Of a DNA stretch of 64,000 nt, positions 41,752-50,926 are shown piece by piece. Numbering within the stretch: position 1 is the first letter of the stretch; each line of letters starts with the position of its first letter. The stretch spans positions 288,001-352,000 of the forward strand of contig CBDCFN010000015.1 of assembly GCA_965216315.1 (NCBI GenBank). Direction: 5' to 3'. The stretch is from a bacterium. GTDB lineage: Bacteria > UBA10199 > 2-02-FULL-50-16 > JAJFLM01. Made by a program: the position numbers and the translations under genes. The notes under the pieces were generated by a model. The model made no database searches, was not told where the DNA came from, and worked only from the letters and a program-made list of their open reading frames with translations.

Positions 41752-42096
41752 GCGGTCTAAAAATCCCTCATAAGACCCCTGCGCATGACGCGCCTGGGCC
41801 GACCTTGTTTTGGATGTCGTGAGGCATGTCGCCTCCACTCATTCGGGCTCTTTCGGGCCGTCAGGCGAGCACTTCCCCCTCGTCTGGCTACGTGTCTTGC
41901 GACTCGTTTTTTATTACCGCTGAGCGGCTGCGTAGATATCTATCCACAATTTCTTTTGCAAGACGAAATTTCCCGAAAAGACACAACCTGTTGATAAAAA
42001 AAGTGAAAAAAAATCTCGTTGACAAAGAAGGTCTGCGACCCCTATCGTCCGTGCAGTCGAAGCGACGGCGAAAGCCTTATATTTGGAGAGTTTACA

Positions 42097-42246
42097 GTGA
42101 AGCGAACGTATCAACCCAGTAATACCAAGCGCAGACGCAAACACGGTTTTCGGAAACGCATGAGTTCCGCAAATGGTCGTGCGATTATTGCGCGTCGCCG
42201 CCGTAAAGGCCGCAAAAATCTCGCCGTTACGTTGCCCAAAAAATAA
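42097..42246 (+). CDS. rpmH: 50S ribosomal protein L34
   Basis: GTG start; [21 protein letters not shown]. Confidence 0.97.
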   Translation: MKRTYQPSNTKRRRKHGFRKRMSSANGRAIIARRRRKGRKNLAVTLPKK

Positions 42247-42261
42247 TCTAAAAGGATTGTC

Positions 42262-42570
42262 GTGGCCGCTCAACACGTGCGGAAATATTCACTCAAGTAT
42301 TTTCGTGTGATTTGGGAAGATAAAAATCCGTCTGGGGCAGCGGAAAAAGGGCCTGAATTGGCACCGCGCGTGAATCGTCAACTGTCGAAGGCGACGGAAC
42401 GCAACCGCATTAAGCGGATCTTGCGCGAATTTTGGCGGGGACATCTCGCCACTTTTAAAAGGGGTCGTTGGGTTTTTATCGCAAAACGCCGAGTGGAGCG
42501 AGTTCCCAATCGAGAGGTCTGGCATGATTTGGAAACAATACTTCAACGCGTGTCTCAAGTTTCTTTTTAA
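42262..42570 (+). CDS. rnpA: Ribonuclease P protein component (divergent)
   Basis: RNR motif KATERNRIKRILRE; lies between rpmH and yidD. Confidence 0.8.
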   Translation: MAAQHVRKYSLKYFRVIWEDKNPSGAAEKGPELAPRVNRQLSKATERNRIKRILREFWRGHLATFKRGRWVFIAKRRVERVPNREVWHDLETILQRVSQVSF

Positions 42571-42778
42571 GGCAGGGATTTGGAGCTATCGTTTCACCCT
42601 GTCGCCTTTGTTGGGAGGACAGTGTCGCTTCCAACCCTCTTGTTCCGAGTATGCCTTACAAGCCCTCGATGTTCATTCACCACTTCATGCACTTATTTTA
42701 ATCATTAAGCGACTCGGTCGTTGCCATCCCTTTCATCAGGGCGGGTGTGATCCGGTCCCGGAAAGGACGCAGTCGTGA
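42524..42778 (+). CDS. yidD: Membrane protein insertion efficiency factor
   Basis: CRFQPSCSEYA...RLGRCHPF..GG.DPVP. Confidence 0.93.
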   Translation: MIWKQYFNACLKFLFKAGIWSYRFTLSPLLGGQCRFQPSCSEYALQALDVHSPLHALILIIKRLGRCHPFHQGGCDPVPERTQS

Positions 42779-44421
42779 AATCCGAACAACGATCATTGCT
42801 CGCCATTGTGCTCTCTGTCGGTGTCCTCGTGCTTTGGTACATGTTTTTTGCGCCGCAACCGGCGGAACAACCGGTAAACGAACCCTCAGCCGTTGAGACG
42901 ACGGATTCAAAGCCTGCGAGCGAGGAAAAAACCGAGCAGGATTCGTTGCAGGGAAGTCAAACGCCGCTCGAAGAGGTGACGCAAACGCCGGCGGGACCGG
43001 AAGAGAAGATTACGCTCAGCAATCAGTTTTTTGATGCGGTTTTTTCAACCCACGGGGGCGGATTGAGTGCACTGTATCTCAAAGGCTATCACGCAACGAC
43101 CGAAACAGACTCTCCCGTCACTAATTTAGTTCAAGCCGATGCAAGCAAGGTCTTAGCCTTGAAATGTCGTAAGTGTAATTTTTCGCTGGCACGTAATGCG
43201 AACTACAAAATTGTAACGTCGAGCGATAACAGTGTCACTTTGCGTTGGGATAACGATTCATATAGCATCGTACGCAAGTACAGTGTCGACGAGTCACGTT
43301 ATCTCATCCAACAAGATATCCAGATCATAAATCGTGGCGATCGTGCCATGGAGGGGCAACTCGGGATAAATTGGACCGCGAAAAATCCTGCCGATGCCGG
43401 CGGCGGTTTTTTCTCAATGCTTAAAGGGCCCAAAGACGTGCAGTCGGTTATTTACCAGATGGCCGGGCAGGTGGAGCGGGTTGCCTCCGAGGATAAGGAT
43501 CAAGAAGCGGTGGAACGCGGCGTGATTTCCTGGGCGGGAATTGAAAGCCGGTATTTTATTGCGGCACTCATTTCACGTCAGCTCTCCGAAGAAGAGGTTT
43601 TGGCCTACAACCTGCGGGGACAAAACCTGGAAACCGCGCTTTATTATCCCAAACAGCTGATCCGTGCGGGTGAAACGGCCACGATCCAGTATTCCATTTA
43701 TATCGGGCCGAAAGAAATCCATTCGCTCGGGGCGATTGGTGTCGGCCTGAAAGATGCGATTGATTATGGTTGGTTTGGCGTCGTTGCCATACCCATCCTG
43801 CATTCATTGAAATTCTTTTATAGTTTCTTAGACAGCTGGGGCCTCGCGATCATCCTTTTGACGATCATCGTCAAGCTCTTGATGAACCCGTTGACCGTCA
43901 AGGGCATGAAGTCAATGAAGGCGATGCAAAAATTACAGCCCAAACTCAAAGAACTCCGCGACAAGTACAAAGACGATAAACAGCGCTTGAACCAAGAGAC
44001 GATGGCGCTGTTTCGGGCGCACAAGGTCAACCCCATGGGCGGGTGTCTGCCAATGGTTTTGCAGATGCCGATCTATATTGCCCTCTACAAGGTCCTGTTT
44101 AACTCGATTGAGCTCTATCATGCCCCCTTTATTTTCTACAAAGATCTCGCCGCGCCGGATCCCTGGATGGTGACGCCCATTTTGCTCGGTATCTTCATGG
44201 TGCTCCAACAGAAGATGACCCCGACGGCCTCGGCCGACCCCATGCAAAAGAAGATGATGATGTTTATGCCCATCATGTTCACGGGATTCATGCTCTTCCT
44301 GCCGATGGGATTGGTCCTCTACATCCTCATCAATACCGTCATGACCGTCGTTCAGCACTACATGTTCAATCACGACATCAGGTGGCGGGATATCATGCGC
44401 GGAAGAATCAAGTTTTCCTGA
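42775..44421 (+). CDS. yidC: Membrane protein insertase YidC
   Basis: YIGPK, IDYGWF, WGLAIILLT, NPMGGCLP. Confidence 0.97.
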   Translation: MKSEQRSLLAIVLSVGVLVLWYMFFAPQPAEQPVNEPSAVETTDSKPASEEKTEQDSLQGSQTPLEEVTQTPAGPEEKITLSNQFFDAVFSTHGGGLSALYLKGYHATTETDSPVTNLVQADASKVLALKCRKCNFSLARNANYKIVTSSDNSVTLRWDNDSYSIVRKYSVDESRYLIQQDIQIINRGDRAMEGQLGINWTAKNPADAGGGFFSMLKGPKDVQSVIYQMAGQVERVASEDKDQEAVERGVISWAGIESRYFIAALISRQLSEEEVLAYNLRGQNLETALYYPKQLIRAGETATIQYSIYIGPKEIHSLGAIGVGLKDAIDYGWFGVVAIPILHSLKFFYSFLDSWGLAIILLTIIVKLLMNPLTVKGMKSMKAMQKLQPKLKELRDKYKDDKQRLNQETMALFRAHKVNPMGGCLPMVLQMPIYIALYKVLFNSIELYHAPFIFYKDLAAPDPWMVTPILLGIFMVLQQKMTPTASADPMQKKMMMFMPIMFTGFMLFLPMGLVLYILINTVMTVVQHYMFNHDIRWRDIMRGRIKFS

Positions 44422-44442
44422 TAGACGCAACTCTTAGCTTGA

Positions 44443-45831
44443 ATGAGCGACTTAGCTGCTATGGATACAATTGCTGCCATTGCGACGCCACCGGGGGAAG
44501 GCGGCGTGGGGATCATCCGGATCTCCGGAGCGGAGGCGCCCGCGATCGCCCAGCGAGTCTGGCGGGGCAAGCGGTCCGTCGCAGACTTTGAATCGCATCG
44601 GTTCTACTACGGAGAAATTAGGTCACCTGCTGCCAGCGAGGACAGGTGTCTCGATAATGCGATGATCGTCTGGATGCAGGCCCCTCACTCCTATACCGGC
44701 GAAGACGTTGTCGAGCTCCAGACCCACGGGGGTCCCACCTTACTCCAAGAAATCCTCAAGCAGGTGATCGCGGCGGGGGCGCGCCTGGCGCGGCCCGGCG
44801 AGTTCACGGAACGCGCCTTTGTCAATGGCCGCCTGGACCTGACCCAGGCCGAGGGGGTCGCGGACCTTATCCACGGCCAGTCCGAGCTTGCTCTCCAGCT
44901 CGCTCAAGACCAGCTTAGTGGAAGACTTACGGAGGAGATTGCCCGCATCCGTCGGGAGCTCGTCGTGATGCGGGCACAGCTCGAAGCGATGATCGATTAC
45001 CCTGATGACGAGGATGTCAATGTCTTGCGCCATGAAGAGGTCGCCGAACGCGCGGAAACCGTGGCTTCGCGGCTGGGGACGTGGCTCACGCACTACGATG
45101 AGGGGCGCTGGCGGCGCGAAGGCCTGCGGGTCGTGCTCGTCGGCCGACCGAACGTCGGCAAATCGTCCCTCTTAAATTGCCTTCTGAGCGACGATCGCGC
45201 CATCGTCCATAGCCGGGCCGGGACAACGCGCGATGTTGTTACCGAATCGGTAAAACTGGGCGGTATCCTGGTAAAGTTGAGTGATACCGCCGGTTTACGT
45301 GAAGGGGAAGGAGAGGTTGAGGCCGAGGGTATTCGCCGCAGCTGGCAGGAAGTCGAGCGCGCGGACCTCGTGATCTTTGTCAGGGACCGCAGCCAAGCCA
45401 CGACGGATGAGGATCAGCGCTTGTACCAGGAGATCGCGGGGAAGCCACATTTAATTGTTTTGAATAAGAATGATTTGCCATCGGCAGCGGGAGTCGATGA
45501 GAATACTCAAGCCTGTCATCGGACCCTCGAACTCTCGGCCAAGACCGAAACAGGTCTCCCGGCGCTGAAGCAGGCCATCATTGATTTTGCGCTCCCGCAT
45601 GGTCGCGCGAGCGATCAAATTTTCATTGCCAACCTGCGTCATAAGACCTGTTTGGAGGCCTGCGTCGCGGCCCTCCAGGAAGTAAAACGTAGTGCTGAGG
45701 CCGAAGCCGGCCTGGAACTGCTGGCCGCCGACCTCCTTGTCGCCGCCAACCACCTAGGTGAGATTACGGGAGAGATCACCAATGATGAGATCCTCTCCGA
45801 GATCTTCTCGCGATTCTGTTTGGGGAAGTAA
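44443..45831 (+). CDS. mnmE: tRNA modification GTPase MnmE
   Basis: DTIAAIATPPG, SYTGED, GRPNVGKSS, DTAG, NKND, IFSRFCLGK. Confidence 0.98.
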   Translation: MSDLAAMDTIAAIATPPGEGGVGIIRISGAEAPAIAQRVWRGKRSVADFESHRFYYGEIRSPAASEDRCLDNAMIVWMQAPHSYTGEDVVELQTHGGPTLLQEILKQVIAAGARLARPGEFTERAFVNGRLDLTQAEGVADLIHGQSELALQLAQDQLSGRLTEEIARIRRELVVMRAQLEAMIDYPDDEDVNVLRHEEVAERAETVASRLGTWLTHYDEGRWRREGLRVVLVGRPNVGKSSLLNCLLSDDRAIVHSRAGTTRDVVTESVKLGGILVKLSDTAGLREGEGEVEAEGIRRSWQEVERADLVIFVRDRSQATTDEDQRLYQEIAGKPHLIVLNKNDLPSAAGVDENTQACHRTLELSAKTETGLPALKQAIIDFALPHGRASDQIFIANLRHKTCLEACVAALQEVKRSAEAEAGLELLAADLLVAANHLGEITGEITNDEILSEIFSRFCLGK

Positions 45832-45926
45832 ATTCTTGTGAGCTTGGATCGGATTCACTCCGTCCAAGCGAACCCATCTGGGGGCATGGGGGTATTGGGC
45901 GAAGCACATACCCCCATTTTGGAAAC

Positions 45927-45999
45927 TGAGATTACGGGAGAGATTACCAATGATGAAGTGCTTGGTGAGATCTTTTCACGTTTTTGCCTCGGCAAGTGA
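45927..45999 (+). repeat. Diverged direct duplicate of the mnmE 3' end (att-like scar)
   Basis: Encodes EITGEITNDEVLGEIFSRFCLGK*; the first 18 bp are identical to 45759-45776. Confidence 0.9.
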
Positions 46000-46024
46000 T
46001 CACGGACTTACACAAAAATAACCG

Positions 46025-46050
46025 CAACTTACGCACTGCGTTGACGATAG
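46025..46050 (+). promoter_or_regulatory. Recurrent promoter motif CAAC-N16-CGATAG
   Basis: ATG 46057 lies 12 nt after the C of CGA. Confidence 0.75.
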
Positions 46051-46056
46051 AGCGGT

Positions 46057-47064
46057 ATGTTTATCGCGGTGTCGGGTCACACCTTCGTGGGGATGGCGTC
46101 CGCCCTGAGTCCGCTTGTCTTGGCGAGTGGGTTGCAAGCAGAGGGTCTCCCCAATCAATTGAATCAAGCGTCGGGTTTTGCCCGTAAGACGCGGCCGGAT
46201 GTTACCTTACATCAACTTGCTGCGCCCACCGAAATGTTGATTCCGGAACCGGTCGCGTCTGAGGCGGGACCGGACGGGAGAATCGAAGTGCTCGCGGCCG
46301 GGTTGAGTCTGTGCTGCAGCGGTTGTGAGACCGGGATGACCCTCGTGCTCCCTGTGTTGACGGGGGCCGTCTTGTTTGGATTGGCGACGCTCGTGATCAA
46401 ATGGCGGTCGCGGGTTCGCCAAGAGCGCGAGGCGATGACCTTTCGTATCGCCCGGGCCCCGAGTCAGATGCGCAAGTTGGATGACTACTCCGACAAGTAC
46501 CGCAAACAGGTGACGGACGCGATTCTGCGCGCGGAGCGAAAAGATCTTGTCGCATGGCCGGTCGTGATGGAGCAGATCCGCGATGGCAACTATGGCAATG
46601 CGATCGAGACGCTGGCGACCCGACTGAAGCCTCAACTTAAAGCCGCGGAGCGCGAACGCTTGCTCCCCTTTGGACTCGCATTGGCGGCGGCTTATAAAGG
46701 CGGCAAAGAAGGGGCGTCGTTACCGTTCGGCACCTTTAATTTACTGAAGGATTTTTTTAATGAGCGTGAGGGGGTTGCGGAGGAACAGGCCCGCCAGAAT
46801 GCCATTGATCGCTTCTGGCTCGACCTGCTCCAATACTTTGTCTTCGGCATTCATATGGAGGGAATCGCCGCTGCGCGCGTCGGTGAAATCAAGACGATGC
46901 GGAGTAAAGGCCGGATCCCCTCGAATGAGAAGATGCATCGGGCCTTCCAGCGCTGGCTGGATGCCCTCGAGCCGGAACCCGATCCCAAGGTGCGCTTGCG
47001 GGACCTGCCCCTCTATCGCGACTTTGCCCAGGCGCTTAAGCGCCATTTGAACGGGCGCGCTTAA
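46057..47064 (+). CDS. Orphan protein with one internal TM segment
   Basis: Charge-poor N-terminus; TM segment LVLPVLTGAVLFGLATLVIKW. Confidence 0.7.
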   Translation: MFIAVSGHTFVGMASALSPLVLASGLQAEGLPNQLNQASGFARKTRPDVTLHQLAAPTEMLIPEPVASEAGPDGRIEVLAAGLSLCCSGCETGMTLVLPVLTGAVLFGLATLVIKWRSRVRQEREAMTFRIARAPSQMRKLDDYSDKYRKQVTDAILRAERKDLVAWPVVMEQIRDGNYGNAIETLATRLKPQLKAAERERLLPFGLALAAAYKGGKEGASLPFGTFNLLKDFFNEREGVAEEQARQNAIDRFWLDLLQYFVFGIHMEGIAAARVGEIKTMRSKGRIPSNEKMHRAFQRWLDALEPEPDPKVRLRDLPLYRDFAQALKRHLNGRA

Positions 47065-48067
47065 GCATAAAGGCGACATTCTCATGGCAGTTGATCGGAT
47101 CGATCTTGATCTCCGGATGCCGGGTGGCAAAGACGCGGAAGATCTCATCGGCAAAGCCCTGGCCGATCGTCGTGACCCCTTGAAAGTCGAGGGTGATTTC
47201 CTTGAATTCATCCAGGGCATGGACCAGCCGCTTGGCCTGGGCGCGGGAGACGTATTCTTCCCCTTCCTGAAAGAGTTTAACCGTGACCTGACTTTTTTCG
47301 AACTGGTAGTCTTCATTGGTGTACGTGCGGAAGATCTCCGTCAGTTGCCGCGTGGCGCGGGTACTCAGTTCAAAAATGACGCGCGTCCCCTGGCGAGCCC
47401 GGATGTCCGTAATAAAAAAATCACCGATGCGATTGTCCTTGATCAGCCCTTTGTGATGGCTCTCGATCGTCAGCCGGTCGGCGACCTTGGAGGTGAAGAA
47501 GATGCCCTCGCCGGAATGTCGTTCCGGTGCCGTCGTCTGCTTGCCCTTGAGCAGGTCCTGCAGGCCTTCCATTTCACTTGCCAGCCCTTTCTTGGCGCGG
47601 ATGTTTTCGAAAATGCCGACCCCCTGGTCGGTGACGTTGAACTGAATCGTCTCGGGGAGCTTGCGGACCGCGACGTCGATGAAGGGCGATTCCGCATGAT
47701 CGATCGCGTTGTTGACCATCTCCGTGAAGGCGTAGTGGAAGAGCGAGCGCGCGTTGTCCGAGAGTTCCCGGAGTAGGTCGGTCTGGGTCTCAAGTTCGCG
47801 ATACACGCGGTCCTCTTGGAGCCCACCCGCACGGTAGCGCTTATGCCATTGCGTCTGCGTGGCGGCAATTTCCCGGATTAGCTGGGGGTCATTGCGCAGA
47901 TAATAGGTCGTCCGCTTACTGGTTCCGAACTGGCGGATGCGCCCTTCCCGTAATAACGCCTGCAAATGCCGGTGGACGGCCTGGCGGCTGATGCCGAGTT
48001 GTTGAACGAGGCCGGAAGTAGTCAGTTTTTTACCTCTTTGAAATTCTTTAAGAATTTTCTCTTTCAT
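47036..48067 (-). CDS. wHTH + HATPase-like + STAS-like (DUF4325) protein
   Basis: GISRQAVHRHL; EMVNNAIDH, DQGVGI, GEGIFF; SRAQAKRL...LDFQGV..IGQGFADEIFRVF. Confidence 0.85.
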   Translation of the reverse strand: MKEKILKEFQRGKKLTTSGLVQQLGISRQAVHRHLQALLREGRIRQFGTSKRTTYYLRNDPQLIREIAATQTQWHKRYRAGGLQEDRVYRELETQTDLLRELSDNARSLFHYAFTEMVNNAIDHAESPFIDVAVRKLPETIQFNVTDQGVGIFENIRAKKGLASEMEGLQDLLKGKQTTAPERHSGEGIFFTSKVADRLTIESHHKGLIKDNRIGDFFITDIRARQGTRVIFELSTRATRQLTEIFRTYTNEDYQFEKSQVTVKLFQEGEEYVSRAQAKRLVHALDEFKEITLDFQGVTTIGQGFADEIFRVFATRHPEIKIDPINCHENVAFMLKRARSNGA

Positions 48068-48138
48068 GTCAACTTTATGTCAACATATCTAATATGTTAT
48101 GTCAACTTAATGTCAATTTATGATAATTTTATGTCAAC
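48066..48138. promoter_or_regulatory. Phased ATGTCAAC direct-repeat operator array
   Basis: Copies at 48066, 48077, 48099, 48110 (ATGTCAAT) and 48131. Confidence 0.75.
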
Positions 48139-48161
48139 CTCCACTCGTCAAGCTTCGCAAG

Positions 48162-48187
48162 CAACCTTTGGCTGCCCTAACCGATAG
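48162..48187 (+). promoter_or_regulatory. Recurrent promoter motif CAAC-N16-CGATAG
   Basis: Lies at the head of the co-oriented gene run 48243-57490. Confidence 0.75.
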
Positions 48188-48204
48188 AGTCCCCTGAAAT
48201 CACA

Positions 48205-48237
48205 ACTCTTTCACTGTCGTGGGGACAGGAGGAGGAG
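48205..48237 (+). repeat. Conserved 5'-UTR hairpin/RBS element, copy 1
   Basis: ACTCTTTCA-CTGTC-GTGGG-GACAG-GAGGAGGAG. Confidence 0.85.
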
Positions 48238-48242
48238 ACCCC

Positions 48243-48701
48243 ATGGGAGATTTTTTCAGTAATCTTGCAGACGTCGTCCACATCGGCGGCGGTTATCGCT
48301 TACAACTCGATGATCCGATTGAGCCGCATCGCGCGACGGCCAACGTCCATGTCGGCGGGACCAGTAATTGGCGGGGGCCGGGCCTGACCTTCGGCCTCGA
48401 TGGCGGCATCGATAGCGCGGGCGAAGGGCGCGTCGGCGCTCGCGTTGGTTTTGGCGGTCCACTTCATCTCATCCTGTGGGGTGATATCGCCGCGCAGGCG
48501 GGGGCCCACCTGCAGGATACTCAGACCGGTTTTGAAGCCGGCGCCTATACCGGCGTCGTCGGTCGCTTGCTCGCTTTGACGCCAGTCGGGCTGATCGGTC
48601 TGCAGGGTGAGGTCAATGCCGGCAACCTCGGCAACGGGGATGCCCAATTGGAACTCGGGGTCCAACTGATCTGGGGAACCTCGTTTAGCCTCTGGCTCTA
48701 A
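48243..48701 (+). CDS. Small Gly-rich beta-barrel-like protein with no signal peptide
   Basis: Alternating Gly/hydrophobic strands; strong SD before ATG 48243. Confidence 0.65.
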   Translation: MGDFFSNLADVVHIGGGYRLQLDDPIEPHRATANVHVGGTSNWRGPGLTFGLDGGIDSAGEGRVGARVGFGGPLHLILWGDIAAQAGAHLQDTQTGFEAGAYTGVVGRLLALTPVGLIGLQGEVNAGNLGNGDAQLELGVQLIWGTSFSLWL

Positions 48702-48709
48702 ACCGTAGA

Positions 48710-48743
48710 ACTCTTTCACTTGTCATGGGGACAAGAGGAGGAG
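48710..48743 (+). repeat. Conserved 5'-UTR hairpin/RBS element, copy 2
   Basis: 34 nt identical to 61942-61975. Confidence 0.9.
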
Positions 48744-48748
48744 AACTC

Positions 48749-49273
48749 ATGTTCAACACGCTTTCCAATCAATTAATGTCCATGGTTCGCGTCAGCGTCT
48801 TGGGCCTGGCCGGTTTGACGGCTTCGGCATGCTCTTGTAGCGCTGTGGAGAACCCGCCACCGGATGCCGCCCTTAGCGACGGGAATGTGTCAGACTCCGG
48901 TCTCCTGATGGGACCATCGACCAACCTAATCGAGGCCGTGTGCGGCAAGCTCTCCGCCTGCTATCCCGAGATGGATCTGGAGGCCTGTCGAACGGCCCTG
49001 GCGGGCGAGCCCGGCCGCCAGATCTGGGATGAATTCGGCGCGCCGGAGAATCGCTATAATGCCATGGAGCTGAATTCCGCAGTGCGCAGCGGGGACTTGC
49101 TGGTCAGTGATAGTAATCTGGGCGCCTGTGTCGATGCGATCGGTGCGCTTACATGTGCAGATCTAATCGGTGAACCGTGGTCGAGCCGCAATCCGGATGA
49201 TTTTGGCAACGTTGAGAATACGCTCGGTAGTGACGTGGTGCCTGCCTGTGGCGACGTTTTCGCGAGCAGATAA
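48749..49273 (+). CDS. Cys-rich putative lipoprotein
   Basis: Lipobox-like VSVLGLAGLTASAC; paired Cys helices (VCGKLSAC, ACVDAIGALTC). Confidence 0.7.
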   Translation: MFNTLSNQLMSMVRVSVLGLAGLTASACSCSAVENPPPDAALSDGNVSDSGLLMGPSTNLIEAVCGKLSACYPEMDLEACRTALAGEPGRQIWDEFGAPENRYNAMELNSAVRSGDLLVSDSNLGACVDAIGALTCADLIGEPWSSRNPDDFGNVENTLGSDVVPACGDVFASR

Positions 49274-49288
49274 AAACAGTGTTCTACG

Positions 49289-50926
49289 ATGTTTCAGTGC
49301 GCCCTCAATAGCCTGTCGACCACCCTCGCCGCGAGTGCGGTGGGCACGATTGGTACGAGTTACCTCAGTCAGTTTATGAACCCGGTGGACCCGATGATCA
49401 TGCCAACTCCAGGGGATTCTTATTATTGCTCGGTCCAGAGTGGCGACGAGGGTGGCGGTTCCAATCCGGCTCAGCGGTCATCTGTTGCCAGCTCTCTGTG
49501 GCTGCTCCGGCCGCGGAGCGAAATGACTTCCCTGTTGCGCGCGATGGCGGCGCAGCATCAAGTCACCTTTGATGTCTGGCTGGCCCGGATCCTGAAAGCG
49601 GCCGATGGCGAGGAAGTGTGCCGTCTGTTCGATCGTATCGAGCTTCGTGCAAATGCCAGCGACTGGCCGGAACCGGTGCGGACCTACGACCGGCAGGGCC
49701 GGGCGGCCGATACCATCCGCGCCTTCAAACTGGCCGGCGGCGTTCCTCTCTTACGGGACATCCTCGCAGACACCTCACACCCCTACCGGTGGCAGGCGAT
49801 TCGCGCCATTATTAGCCTGCAAGAGGCCGGGCTCCTGACAGCGACACAACAGCATGAGTTCATTCGCCCGCTGGCCGCGATGCTCCGTTCATTCTTGGAG
49901 GATCCCCGCGATAGTACGGATGGTCATGGGCTCTCGTTTGCCCTTCGGGCCCTCGGTCTGCTGGGCGCCCGCGAGGCGATTCCGGATCTCCAAGCGCTTT
50001 TCGACCTGCTCGCCGGAGTCGATGATCACACCAACAGTCTTCCGGCCCTTCTCCTACTCGCTCTCGGCACCTTGCGGGCCGCTTCCGCGCGACCGGCACT
50101 GCTGCGCTTGGCGGGAGCCGCGCAGTCACGACTGTATCGCGAAGCCATTATGGGGCTGGCGCATTTCGATGACGATGAAGCGAGCAGCCGTCTCGTCGGT
50201 CTGTTGGCCCATCCCAACCATGACATCCGCGCGCATGCGGCGCAGGCGCTCGGTAGGGCCGGTGCCCGGGAAGCGATCCTCTTATTGCAGACAGCCCTGC
50301 ACGACCGGCATGATTTAGTCCGGCTCTACGCCGCTCAAGCCTTGGTAAGATTAGGCGTATTTGATGCGGCCGTGGCTGTGTTGTGTCACTTAGCAACGAG
50401 TGAATCCACATATCTTCAGTTTCGCCTCGATGCCCTGGATACATTAGGGGCCTCTGCGGACCCCGAGATTGAGGAAACGCTACAACGGGCCTTCTTGAAT
50501 CCCGGCGAGCAACTCAATGCGCGGGCGCAAGAGTATGTTCGCTACCACGCGGCCTGCGCATTATTGCAACACGGCATTCGGGCGCCGCTCCCGTATTTGT
50601 TGGCTTTTCTTCGCGATCCTCAGCTGGATTCAAGTGCCGAGGTGTCATGGCGTTTCGCCGGTCAGACCGTTAGAAGACGCGTTCCGTTGCTGGTCAGCGA
50701 CGGTTTGCGCGTGACGACCATCCAGCATTTGAGTCGCGCGCACGTCCACGCAGCCGTTTCTTCCCTGAGAGGGTTCTTGAACTATCGCGGCCGCCAGATT
50801 GGTCAGGCCTGGGTGGGAGGGCTGGAAGTCAGAGCCGCGGCCGCCGCGGCGCTCGATCGGCTCGACCCGGGCTGGGACAAGCGCATGATGCGCGAATGGC
50901 GGGATTTCAATGGAGGTGTTCGATGA
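49289..50926 (+). CDS. Leader-family protein with HEAT (PBS-lyase-like) repeats
   Basis: N-terminus CALNSLSTTLAASA...YLSQFMNPVDPMIMPTP...YYCS; repeats such as IRAHAAQALG and VRLYAAQAL. Confidence 0.85.
   Translation: MFQCALNSLSTTLAASAVGTIGTSYLSQFMNPVDPMIMPTPGDSYYCSVQSGDEGGGSNPAQRSSVASSLWLLRPRSEMTSLLRAMAAQHQVTFDVWLARILKAADGEEVCRLFDRIELRANASDWPEPVRTYDRQGRAADTIRAFKLAGGVPLLRDILADTSHPYRWQAIRAIISLQEAGLLTATQQHEFIRPLAAMLRSFLEDPRDSTDGHGLSFALRALGLLGAREAIPDLQALFDLLAGVDDHTNSLPALLLLALGTLRAASARPALLRLAGAAQSRLYREAIMGLAHFDDDEASSRLVGLLAHPNHDIRAHAAQALGRAGAREAILLLQTALHDRHDLVRLYAAQALVRLGVFDAAVAVLCHLATSESTYLQFRLDALDTLGASADPEIEETLQRAFLNPGEQLNARAQEYVRYHAACALLQHGIRAPLPYLLAFLRDPQLDSSAEVSWRFAGQTVRRRVPLLVSDGLRVTTIQHLSRAHVHAAVSSLRGFLNYRGRQIGQAWVGGLEVRAAAAAALDRLDPGWDKRMMREWRDFNGGVR

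Noticed and set aside
41728..41838. N-terminal extension of DnaA
   Set aside because: It runs through two perfect DnaA boxes and is not DnaA-like.
42232..42264. rpmH-rnpA readthrough fusion (same frame across one TAA)
   Set aside because: L34 ends normally, and there is no sequence evidence for readthrough.
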